From the IMG/VR virus record IMGVR_UViG_3300042326_001602, positions 1 through 51,728 of that record: DNA of 51,728 bases; one strand, written 5' to 3'. The translations under genes and the position numbers were made by a program. The notes under the pieces are model-generated. The model worked only from the letters and a program-made list of their open reading frames with translations. It was not told where the DNA came from and did not search any database. Origin of the DNA: a virus (Duplodnaviria > Caudoviricetes). Shown piece by piece: positions 44,247 through 51,728 of this stretch (its first letter is position 1; each line of letters opens with the position of its first letter).

Positions 44247-46211
44247 ATGTCAACCGAATACTCCCTTCCGAATCCCGCTGGTGGAGCCGTCATTCGACCC
44301 GTACACGGAAGCTCCCGTGCGGGGCAGTTCCTGAAGGATGTCATTCAGGGAATTGACTCCGTTGACATCGTCGTCTTCGGCGACTCGAATGCCGGAAGCG
44401 ATGCGAGCTACGGTTACACGGGCGGGTGGATGGACTCGCTTGCATCCCTTGGCATCAAGCAGTACGCCACTCCGATCTGGTTTACAAACGCAGAGGCTGG
44501 CAATTCTCGGGTCAATGGCCTTGTCGGCAGGTTTACTTACATGGGCTGGAACGGAGATACTGCGGCTGGCGGTGGGGGTACTAACGCTTACAGCCTCGGA
44601 AATCGGATTGCCGCATCGACTGCGAGCGCGGTCGCCGCGGCTGTAATCTGCAACCGGGGACCGGCAGAGGTTTACTACGTTCGCTGCAACACGGCGACTG
44701 CGTCAACCACCTCTACAGTCACCCTCGATCTCAGTGCCAGCCCCACCGATGATGCCTACAACAACATGTGGCTGGCGATGGGCACGGGGCACTACAGGAT
44801 CCTTGACTACAACGGATCTACAAAGGTTGCCACGATTCCGACCCAGGGCGCTGCTCCTACCGCGACTACGTACACGATTACCACGGGTGGTCTTCGTCCT
44901 GCTGCGTTCCGATACGAGCCGTCGCACGTCTCGGCATCGACCAACTACTACTCTCAAACTAGCGGACCGAGCATCCGGCTGAATCCGTACAACGCACTTG
45001 CTGGAGGAAACGGGGCCGGCGCCCAGGATCTTCAGTACCGAGTTGTTCGTTCCGCAATCGGAAGCGGCGGGCAGTACAAGCTTCGTGCGATGTACGCAGC
45101 GAACACTACCATTGCAGCATCCTCGGCGTTTATCAGTACTGCCGCTGGTAGCAGCACTCTCCCCTACGCAACCGACTACACCAACGATTCACTGAACTTC
45201 ACGACGACCGTGACCGGCGGAGTTCCGGACGAGATCAAGTGTGCGTGGGACGGATACAACGTCTCGCCGGCTAGCGATTCCCAGGTAACCGGCCCGCTCA
45301 CTGTCTTCTGGCATTCCGTGATTGCACGAAACACGAAGGGCTACTCGGTCAGCTGCCTCAACTACAACGGCGGTGCGACCACCGAGAATCTAGCGGACCA
45401 GGTGTACTGGTCTGCGCGATTGATTGAGATGGCGCTGCAGGAACTCAGGCAGCGGCAGATTGCAGCCGGTGGTTCTGGTCGCGTGATCTGGTACCACAAC
45501 AGCGGTATCAACGGAAGCGAGACGCCCGAGAGCTACATCACGAACGTCTCAAGGATCATTGATGAGGTGAGCCGGATCTGGGGCAAGTGCGGATTCCCGC
45601 CGAGCGATCTTTCCTTCATCGTCACGGCAACTCATCCCGTCGTCGAGGGCGATACCGGCGCTGGAACATGGTGGCGTCAGTGCGGACTGGTGAACTCGGG
45701 AGCGAAGCAGTGGGTTGCAAGCACCTCGTATGGTGATCGAGTTACCTTCTGCGACCTCTCGGCACTGATCTCCGCTCAGCAGCTCAAGTCCCGGAATCTG
45801 TATCAGCTTCTAAGCAACAATCTTTTCGCGGCACACCTTCGCAGTCCGATCCTTCTTCAGATTCCGAACGATCCGGTTGCGAAGAGCGTTCCTGCCTGGA
45901 GCGCGGCTCGTACCTACGCGATCGGCGAGGTTGTTTCTCTGAGCGGTACGAACTACTACTGCATCGCGGCAACGACGAACAACACGCCTCCGAATGCAAC
46001 CTACTGGTATGCGCTTCCTGCCGGATCCAGCGGTTACGGATCCTCCGCGGCAAACGGAAACCTGTGGGGGACCAGCGGTACGAATGTCCGCTTTAGCAGC
46101 TACACCGCTGCGAACTACGCAGGAAACTACGGTGTTGATATTCAGGTTGCAAGCAACGGGTACCTCGCGATGGTCCTGAACATGATCAATTCGATCACCG
46201 CATACGTCTAA
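44247..46211 (+). CDS. Putative tail spike / depolymerase: SGNH-hydrolase-like domain plus CBM5/12-like module
   Basis: VVFGDSN block I, NSGING block III-like motif, and WSAARTYAIGEVVSLSGTNYYC...PPNATYW. Confidence 0.65.
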   Translation: MSTEYSLPNPAGGAVIRPVHGSSRAGQFLKDVIQGIDSVDIVVFGDSNAGSDASYGYTGGWMDSLASLGIKQYATPIWFTNAEAGNSRVNGLVGRFTYMGWNGDTAAGGGGTNAYSLGNRIAASTASAVAAAVICNRGPAEVYYVRCNTATASTTSTVTLDLSASPTDDAYNNMWLAMGTGHYRILDYNGSTKVATIPTQGAAPTATTYTITTGGLRPAAFRYEPSHVSASTNYYSQTSGPSIRLNPYNALAGGNGAGAQDLQYRVVRSAIGSGGQYKLRAMYAANTTIAASSAFISTAAGSSTLPYATDYTNDSLNFTTTVTGGVPDEIKCAWDGYNVSPASDSQVTGPLTVFWHSVIARNTKGYSVSCLNYNGGATTENLADQVYWSARLIEMALQELRQRQIAAGGSGRVIWYHNSGINGSETPESYITNVSRIIDEVSRIWGKCGFPPSDLSFIVTATHPVVEGDTGAGTWWRQCGLVNSGAKQWVASTSYGDRVTFCDLSALISAQQLKSRNLYQLLSNNLFAAHLRSPILLQIPNDPVAKSVPAWSAARTYAIGEVVSLSGTNYYCIAATTNNTPPNATYWYALPAGSSGYGSSAANGNLWGTSGTNVRFSSYTAANYAGNYGVDIQVASNGYLAMVLNMINSITAYV

Positions 46212-46219
46212 GGAACACA

Positions 46220-46420
46220 ATGACTCTTGAGCGAGACAACGTCGTGAAGCTGTCAGTCCGTGACTGGGCAGCCATCATCGGTCTGGTCATTGCGTTTGGT
46301 GGAGGAGTACTTAGCGCCTTCATGCACCACGACAGGCTGCTCATGCGGGTCGTGACTCAGCAGGAATCCATCAATGAACGGCTGGACAAGATCGAGCGCC
46401 AGCTTGAGCCTCGCAACTAG
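46220..46420 (+). CDS. Small single-TM protein with C-terminal coiled coil (holin-like)
   Basis: WAAIIGLVIAFGGGVLSAF then RLDKIERQL; AAGGA RBS. Confidence 0.6.
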   Translation: MTLERDNVVKLSVRDWAAIIGLVIAFGGGVLSAFMHHDRLLMRVVTQQESINERLDKIERQLEPRN

Positions 46421-46877
46421 CCTCTGGCTGGTGGGGTGCAGCGAGCTCGCGAAGGTGAGCGAGAACGCGACGGCCATCCAGGTCGAGTCGCAGTCACTTA
46501 TAGATCACGGGCGGATGGTGGGGGACAAGGAGGTGGTGACCCGTGCCGGACGCATCCATGATCTTGCTGCTGACATCCATGGTCGGATACCTCATTTGGA
46601 GGACAAAACCCCCGTTTGGTTATCCACCCTATGGTGGGCTGCGGCGGCAGTGGCACTCATCGCCGTCGCCGTCATCCTCTGGCAGACGGGCTTGGGCACG
46701 GCTGTCCGAGTCGCAATTGGATGGCTACCGCGCCGCAAGATCCAAGACGCGAACCTAGCCGCCGGCATGTTGGATCCCGATAAACCCGAGGATGCCCGCG
46801 AGTACGTCGCTGCGCGGCGGGCATCTGACCCCGAGTTCGACGCTGCGTGGCGACGTGTCCACAAGAAAGGTTCATAG
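46374..46877 (+). CDS. Putative lipoprotein with a C-proximal TM segment (spanin-like)
   Basis: Lipobox LVGC at residue 22; TM LWWAAAAVALIAVAVILW. Confidence 0.55.
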   Translation: MNGWTRSSASLSLATSLWLVGCSELAKVSENATAIQVESQSLIDHGRMVGDKEVVTRAGRIHDLAADIHGRIPHLEDKTPVWLSTLWWAAAAVALIAVAVILWQTGLGTAVRVAIGWLPRRKIQDANLAAGMLDPDKPEDAREYVAARRASDPEFDAAWRRVHKKGS

Positions 46878-46994
46878 ATGATCCTCGCTGATTTCTCCTC
46901 GTTCCTTGGTAGCCTTTGGTTCGCCGCGATGGTTGGTCTGGTCGGCTTCGGTGCCGGCTGGTACCTCTGCAAGAAGCACGGCTCCAAGCTCTGA
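46878..46994 (+). CDS. 38-aa membrane peptide MILADFSSFLGSLWFAAMVGLVGFGAGWYLCKKHGSKL; not in the ORF track
   Basis: GAAAGG RBS; abuts the upstream stop; TGATG coupling downstream. Confidence 0.7.
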   Translation: MILADFSSFLGSLWFAAMVGLVGFGAGWYLCKKHGSKL

Positions 46995-47911
46995 TGTCGA
47001 ACGTCCCGTTCCAGGTGAGGGCAGCGTCGAGGAACATCCACCTCGTCGACCTTACGTGCACCTCGCGAACGGACGAGTGGTGGTTCCTCCTGTCCGGGGA
47101 CCGTCACCACGACAACCCTCACGCTGACCATGAACTCGAGCTCACACATCTTGACGAGGCTGTGCGTCGTCGTGCTGGCATCATCGATGTGGGTGACCTA
47201 TTCTGTGCTATGGAAGGCAAGTTCGATCCTCGCCGCAACAAGGCGGGGATTCGAGAAGAGCATGCACTGGCTGCGGACTACCTCGATTCCCTAGTCCGTC
47301 ACGCCTCTGACTTCTACGCGCCCTACTCTGCCAACATGGTGGTCATCGGTCGCGGCAACCACGAATCGGCGATCCTCAAGAACTGCGAGACCGACCTGAC
47401 CGAGCGGCTTTGCGAACGCATGAGCCATCAGTCGGGACACAAGGTTAACCCAGGCGGATACGGCGGGTGGGTGCGCTTCCTTACCGAGACGCCCAGCGGC
47501 GAGCGATACACGCTTAGCCTCAAGTATTTCCACGGCGCAGGCGGTGCAGCCCTGATGTCCTTTGACACCCTCAAGGTCCGCCGCAACGCAGCCGTCATGC
47601 CCGATGCGGACGTGATCGTGCAGGGTCACGTTCACAAGCAGTGGTTCATGCCCCTGTCCCGTGAGCGTCTGGTCTGCGACAAGCAAGGCTGCCGGGTAGT
47701 CAGCGACATCCAGTACCACGTTCGCACCGGTACCTACAAGGACGAGTTCGGCGACGGACACAGCGGCTGGCACATCGAGCAAGGCCGCGGACCAGAAGTG
47801 CAGGGCGCAGTCTGGATGCGACTGTACCTCGCCAAGAAGTCCGGCCGCACGATTGCCGGAGAGGCGAAGACCTACTACCAGCTCATGCCCGAGTTCCACC
47901 TCGCACACTGA
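46994..47911 (+). CDS. Calcineurin-like metallophosphoesterase (305 aa)
   Basis: DxH (GDRH), GD (VGDLF), GNHE, HG and GHVH motifs. Confidence 0.88.
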   Translation: MSNVPFQVRAASRNIHLVDLTCTSRTDEWWFLLSGDRHHDNPHADHELELTHLDEAVRRRAGIIDVGDLFCAMEGKFDPRRNKAGIREEHALAADYLDSLVRHASDFYAPYSANMVVIGRGNHESAILKNCETDLTERLCERMSHQSGHKVNPGGYGGWVRFLTETPSGERYTLSLKYFHGAGGAALMSFDTLKVRRNAAVMPDADVIVQGHVHKQWFMPLSRERLVCDKQGCRVVSDIQYHVRTGTYKDEFGDGHSGWHIEQGRGPEVQGAVWMRLYLAKKSGRTIAGEAKTYYQLMPEFHLAH

Positions 47912-47923
47912 ACCCCACCAGCC

Positions 47924-48193
47924 ATGGCGAAGGGCGACCGCATCCTCCGCATCCGTGGCCAGAGATGGCGGCTCAGGTTCGTGACGAACCTAGGCGACGC
48001 CGAGGGGATCTGCAACAAGGAAGAGCGGATCATCCGCATCGCGCTCGGGTACACCGAGGACCGCACGCTGGACTCGATCATCCACGAGATCCTGCACGCC
48101 GCGCTCTGGGACCTGGACGAGGAAGCCGTGCACGACACAGCCAACGCCATCTCAGCCGCCCTCTGGCGTCTCGGCTACCGCCGTGACCCGTAA
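47924..48193 (+). CDS. Small HExxH zinc-metallopeptidase-like protein (89 aa)
   Basis: IIHEILHA followed by EE. Confidence 0.75.
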   Translation: MAKGDRILRIRGQRWRLRFVTNLGDAEGICNKEERIIRIALGYTEDRTLDSIIHEILHAALWDLDEEAVHDTANAISAALWRLGYRRDP

Positions 48194-48380
48194 GAAACAC
48201 TTACCACTTTTCCTTACCGCTTACGAAACGACCGCTTCGTAAGAGCCCATTTGCTGAGCGGGATTCCCACTACCCGCATTGCCGGTATACCCACGGCATC
48301 TTGTTCTTGGCCCAGCCTAGGCGAGAGATTAGATCATCAGCATGGGTGAAGTACATACTACAACGCTCCCCCCTAGAGTC

Positions 48381-48416
48381 GCGCATGCGGGGGAGCGCTA
48401 CGCGCCCCGCATGCGC
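48381..48416. promoter_or_regulatory. Hairpin upstream of the recombination module
   Basis: GCGCATGCGGGG...CCCCGCATGCGC just before the AGGAG RBS. Confidence 0.5.
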
Positions 48417-48436
48417 TCACCCCAGGAGTCCCACCT

Positions 48437-49672
48437 ATGCCCCCACCGACCCAGACTGTCCATTACCCCACCAGCATCTGCGATCCCAACGTCCGCCCAT
48501 GGCTGGAGGCCCACGGCATCTTTGCCCGCAAGCCCCCCATCCGCTCAAGCGACTACCGGCTCGTCCGCTCGTGCCCCCGCACCTACTACCTGTCCCGCCG
48601 GCTTGGCCTGGTCAAGGCGTTCCAGTACAGCGCAGCCCTGACCCGCGGCAGCTGGGTCCACCTCGCATTCGCCTGCATCCTCGATGACCCCACCGACCGA
48701 GCACTGACCCTCGAGCAGGCCATCGCTGCACGCTGCGAGGAACTGCGCGGAGTGTGCAAGCAGCTCGGCGTGTCCGGCGAGAAGACCCGGGAGATGATCG
48801 CCCGCGAGGACCTGGACGCACGCACCAGCATCGCGTGGTTCAACGCAGCCCTCCAGATCCCGGACGGCAGCGGACGCACCCTGGCCCAGCGCTTCGCGGA
48901 GGACTGGGTCGTGGTAGCGCAGGAGCCCGAGATCCGCCACGGCGACCGACTGATCCAGCCCGACTGCCTGCTCAAGGACAAGGCCGGCAAGCTGTGGATC
49001 GTGGACTTCAAGACCACCGGCATGTCCACCAACGCACGCCTGCAAACCTGCCCCCTCGAGTTCCAGACCCAGCACTACTTCCACACCTTCCTCGACAAGT
49101 CCCGTGACGAGGCTGACTTCGCCGGGCAGTACGGCATCAGCTGGCCCGGAGAGATTGGTGGGGTCCTGCACGTCGCGATCCGCAAGCCGTCCATCGAGTT
49201 CGGCATGAAGGACCGTCCGTTCACGCTGGACGAATCGCCGTTCAAGAGCGGACCCCGCAAGGGCGAGCCGCGCAACGAGCGCATCTACACGGGCGAACCT
49301 GACCCGTACCTGTACGAGCAGCGTTGCGTGGATTGGTACATGGGTCGCGGAGAGTACAGCCACTTCGAGCCCGAGCGTCTGACTGACCCGTGCGTTGCGA
49401 TTTCCACCACATCCGCGGAGCTTTTGCTTGCGGAAGATCTCAAGTCGGAGTACCATGCTCGCCTGTCCTTCATCCGGAAGTACACGAGCCTCCAGTCCTA
49501 TCCCAGCGAATTCGAGATCGGTGATCCGGTAGTCCAGCACGGGACTCCGTCGCCGTACCTCCCGTTCCACATGGTCGAGCCTGGCAAGTGGCCCGAGTTG
49601 ATCCTGGCTGAAGGGTTCCTGCAGAGAGACAGAGACACCCACACGGAGATCGACAATGGAGGAGACGCCTAA
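48437..49672 (+). CDS. PD-(D/E)XK (RecB / Cas4-like) exonuclease
   Basis: S......CP..YY, RGSWVH, E, PD, VDFKT and Q..HY motifs. Confidence 0.85.
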   Translation: MPPPTQTVHYPTSICDPNVRPWLEAHGIFARKPPIRSSDYRLVRSCPRTYYLSRRLGLVKAFQYSAALTRGSWVHLAFACILDDPTDRALTLEQAIAARCEELRGVCKQLGVSGEKTREMIAREDLDARTSIAWFNAALQIPDGSGRTLAQRFAEDWVVVAQEPEIRHGDRLIQPDCLLKDKAGKLWIVDFKTTGMSTNARLQTCPLEFQTQHYFHTFLDKSRDEADFAGQYGISWPGEIGGVLHVAIRKPSIEFGMKDRPFTLDESPFKSGPRKGEPRNERIYTGEPDPYLYEQRCVDWYMGRGEYSHFEPERLTDPCVAISTTSAELLLAEDLKSEYHARLSFIRKYTSLQSYPSEFEIGDPVVQHGTPSPYLPFHMVEPGKWPELILAEGFLQRDRDTHTEIDNGGDA

Positions 49673-50186
49673 CCCCACCAGCCAGGAAGCAGGGAAGTCC
49701 GTCCTCGGACCCGTTATCTGGCAAGAGGTCCTGCGCAAGGTGATCGCGCCCAAGGTCACGGTCATCGTCACGCAGTACGGCAACGACATCGAGAACCGGC
49801 AGCAGCTGCACCGCAAGTTCTGCGAGGAGTACGGCATCCGTCCGTCCTACTCCACCTTCAGCAGCTGGTGCGAGGATCTGGGCATCAGCTTCCGCAAGAA
49901 GATCGAGGTCCACATCCCGGGCTGGAAGGAAATGCCGCGTCCGACTCCCGACTTTATAGGACCGATGCCGGCATACCCGGCAACAGAGACGAAGAAGGAA
50001 CAGTCGGTAGCGAAGCAGATCGTTCCGGAAATTCTTCAGGAAGAGGAAGATGCACCGATTGTCTGGGACACGAAGGTACCGCCTCAGAAGCCATCGCAGA
50101 AGTTCAATGAAGATGGGATGCCGACCATTCTTCCCGGAGGGATGAGGATGCCCTCGTTCATTGATTCCGGAAACTACGGCAACTAA
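49656..50186 (+). CDS. Hypothetical protein (176 aa), possible HTH in the N-terminal half
   Basis: GGAG RBS; PSYSTFSSWCEDLGI helix; disordered tail. Confidence 0.65.
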   Translation: MEETPNPTSQEAGKSVLGPVIWQEVLRKVIAPKVTVIVTQYGNDIENRQQLHRKFCEEYGIRPSYSTFSSWCEDLGISFRKKIEVHIPGWKEMPRPTPDFIGPMPAYPATETKKEQSVAKQIVPEILQEEEDAPIVWDTKVPPQKPSQKFNEDGMPTILPGGMRMPSFIDSGNYGN

Positions 50187-50207
50187 CCCCCACCAACAGG
50201 AGTCATC

Positions 50208-51107
50208 ATGACACACTCCGTCACCCACGGTTCGACTGTCGCATCCAAATACGCAGGGCTCGGCAATGCCGTCACCACTGGTCGCACTACTCCTTCCCGC
50301 ATGCTTGGTCTGGTGGTCGGTGAGGCTGGCTGCGGCAAGTCTTTCCTCCTCCAATCCCACCCTGGCGCGTACATCCTCAACCTTGACGAGACGCCTGCGG
50401 TCTGCGGCACCAGCGAGGCCGTCATGTTCCCCACCCCCGGTCCTGACGGCCGATCGGTGGACGAGAAGGGAAGCCCCATCGTCCTCGACTGGGCCGCGCT
50501 CGAGGCGAAGCAGAAGGTCCTGATCGACCTTGCCAAGAGCAACCAGCCCCGCCCCGAGACCGTCGTTATCGACACGCTCGGTGCTGCGATTCGCCTGCTG
50601 CGTCCGCACATCGCCAAGATCTACGGGCGCGAACGGTTCACCGACGTCGACGGTCGGCTTGGCTGGGAGCGCCTGTTCGACACACTCATTGAGTTCGGCA
50701 CCACGCTGCGCCGACACGGCTACGGCGTGTACTACATCGCCCACCTGTCCCGAAAGCACGTCCCGCTGAGCGAGAACCAGAACGTGGAGGAGTACAAGAT
50801 CCTTATCAGCGACGGTCTGTACGCCCGCATGTTCCCCATGTTCGACATCGTCATCCCCGTCACCGCGCAGTGGGACGTGCGGGAGATCACGCGTGATCAG
50901 GAAGCCAACGTCGGCGGCAAAGTCGTTACCCGCAAGGTCACGACGCAGGAAAAGGTCCGTCGCCACTACTGCTCTTTCGACAACCCAAAGCTGGAAGGCA
51001 TCGCCAAGGTTCGTACCCTGTCGCCGCTGACCACCATTGAGCTCCCGAGGGACAACGCATGGCAGTCGTTCTGCTCTGCGTACGAGAGCGCGAACGCGTC
51101 CCGCTGA
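50208..51107 (+). CDS. AAA_24 / Sak4-like ATPase (putative recombinase)
   Basis: Walker A GEAGCGKS, Walker B VVIDT, YYIAH; lies between the exonuclease and SSB-like genes. Confidence 0.8.
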   Translation: MTHSVTHGSTVASKYAGLGNAVTTGRTTPSRMLGLVVGEAGCGKSFLLQSHPGAYILNLDETPAVCGTSEAVMFPTPGPDGRSVDEKGSPIVLDWAALEAKQKVLIDLAKSNQPRPETVVIDTLGAAIRLLRPHIAKIYGRERFTDVDGRLGWERLFDTLIEFGTTLRRHGYGVYYIAHLSRKHVPLSENQNVEEYKILISDGLYARMFPMFDIVIPVTAQWDVREITRDQEANVGGKVVTRKVTTQEKVRRHYCSFDNPKLEGIAKVRTLSPLTTIELPRDNAWQSFCSAYESANASR

Positions 51108-51160
51108 CGCGGGGAACGCGTTCGCTGTCCCTCATCGTTTCGTTTGTTTTGTTTCTTTCA
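51090..51160 (+). terminator. Hairpin plus T-rich tract between the ATPase and SSB-like genes
   Basis: GCGAACGCGT-CCCGC-TGAC-GCGGG-GA-ACGCGTTCGC, then GTTTCGTTTGTTTTGTTTCTTT. Confidence 0.5.
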
Positions 51161-51181
51161 CATCTCTATTCGGAGAATCAG

Positions 51182-51703
51182 ATGCCCATTGAGAACAACG
51201 TCAAGGCCATGTTCAACTCGCTCAACACCGCGTTCGCGCAGGCTCAGCCTGACAACGGCATGGGTGCCGGCGGCTGGTGGCCGGCCGAGGGTCAGCACGA
51301 GGTGTTCGTGTCCAGCCTGAACGTGCGCCCGAGCGAGTACAAGCTGCCGGACGGCCAGAAGGTCGCCGGCACGGAGATCAGCTTCCGGTACCAGCTCATC
51401 AACGACACCGACTCCCCCAACGAGCCGCGCTCGTTCGACGGCAGCGCCTTCCGCCTGCCGCAGGACACCAGCGTCCTCGACGACAAGGGTCGCATGCGCG
51501 TTGACATCGAGATGCGCCGCCTGAAGGGCCACCTCCAGACCATCCTCCGCCGTGACGTCAAGGATATCGGAACCGCTATCGCGGACGCCGATGCCAAGAT
51601 CAACGGTCAGGACGCGGTTGCCGTCGTCGTGAAGTGCCAGTACGACAACGTCAACGGAAAGATCTACCGCAAGGACTTCCTCGTGAAGCCCCTCGCCGGC
51701 TGA
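51182..51703 (+). CDS. Putative ssDNA-binding protein, DUF669-like (173 aa)
   Basis: GGAG RBS before ATG 51182; WPAEGQHEVFV...ISFRYQL pattern; follows the Sak4-like ATPase. Confidence 0.6.
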   Translation: MPIENNVKAMFNSLNTAFAQAQPDNGMGAGGWWPAEGQHEVFVSSLNVRPSEYKLPDGQKVAGTEISFRYQLINDTDSPNEPRSFDGSAFRLPQDTSVLDDKGRMRVDIEMRRLKGHLQTILRRDVKDIGTAIADADAKINGQDAVAVVVKCQYDNVNGKIYRKDFLVKPLAG

Positions 51704-51728
51704 TCTGTTACACTACCCAGACCCCACC
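51456..51728. repeat. Right copy of terminal direct repeat
   Basis: Same 273-bp sequence as 1-273, with 3 mismatches. Confidence 0.95.

Larger units (their letters stand above)
1..51728. mobile_element. Complete tailed dsDNA bacteriophage genome with podovirus-like gene order, probably lytic
   Basis: Terminase, portal, scaffold and capsid synteny; replication genes; terminal redundancy; no integrase or host housekeeping genes seen. Confidence 0.93.

Noticed and set aside
39220-47911. Z-base (PurZ/DpoZ) or other modified-base pathway
   Set aside because: No PurZ, thymidylate synthase homologue, glycosyltransferase or methyltransferase was recognised; polymerase motif changes alone are not enough.
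48437-49672. True Cas4 or CRISPR-associated role
   Set aside because: The C-terminal three-Cys Fe-S cluster is absent, there are no cas genes or array, and the context is a recombination module.
1-51728. CRISPR array, tRNA genes, integrase/att sites, reverse transcriptase or DGR
   Set aside because: No regularly spaced repeats, cloverleaf or T-loop signature, recombinase motif or YxDD RT was seen by eye. The recurring motif is dispersed, not arrayed. A tRNAscan run is still advisable.

Overview
This window looks like an essentially complete, circularly permuted ~51.45 kb tailed dsDNA phage genome of high GC. Bases 1-273 recur at 51456-51728 with 3 mismatches. The minus-strand late arm (1263-30136) follows a podovirus-like order: terminase, portal, scaffold, major capsid, a run of tiny Lys/Arg-rich proteins, putative tail tube proteins and putative ejection proteins. 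The plus-strand arm (30163-51703, continuing into 1-1266) carries an SF3/D5 helicase and a likely origin at ~31.9-32.05 kb. It also carries a hairpin-punctuated early region of small genes, a family-4 UDG-like gene, a family-A DNA polymerase with atypical motifs and an ERCC4-type nuclease. Further on come a displaced SGNH/CBM tail-spike gene, a membrane (lysis-like) cassette with no recognisable endolysin, a metallophosphoesterase, and a PD-(D/E)XK nuclease / AAA ATPase / SSB-like recombination module. I saw no integrase, RNA polymerase, primase, tRNA or CRISPR array. The most striking unexplained signal is a genome-wide motif, GGYTGGTGGGG, which contains the enterobacterial Chi octamer GCTGGTGG. 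By manual count there are about 34 octamers and 18 exact GGCTGGTGGGG 11-mers, on both strands and in different reading frames. All family assignments come from recognising motifs by eye, not from database searches.
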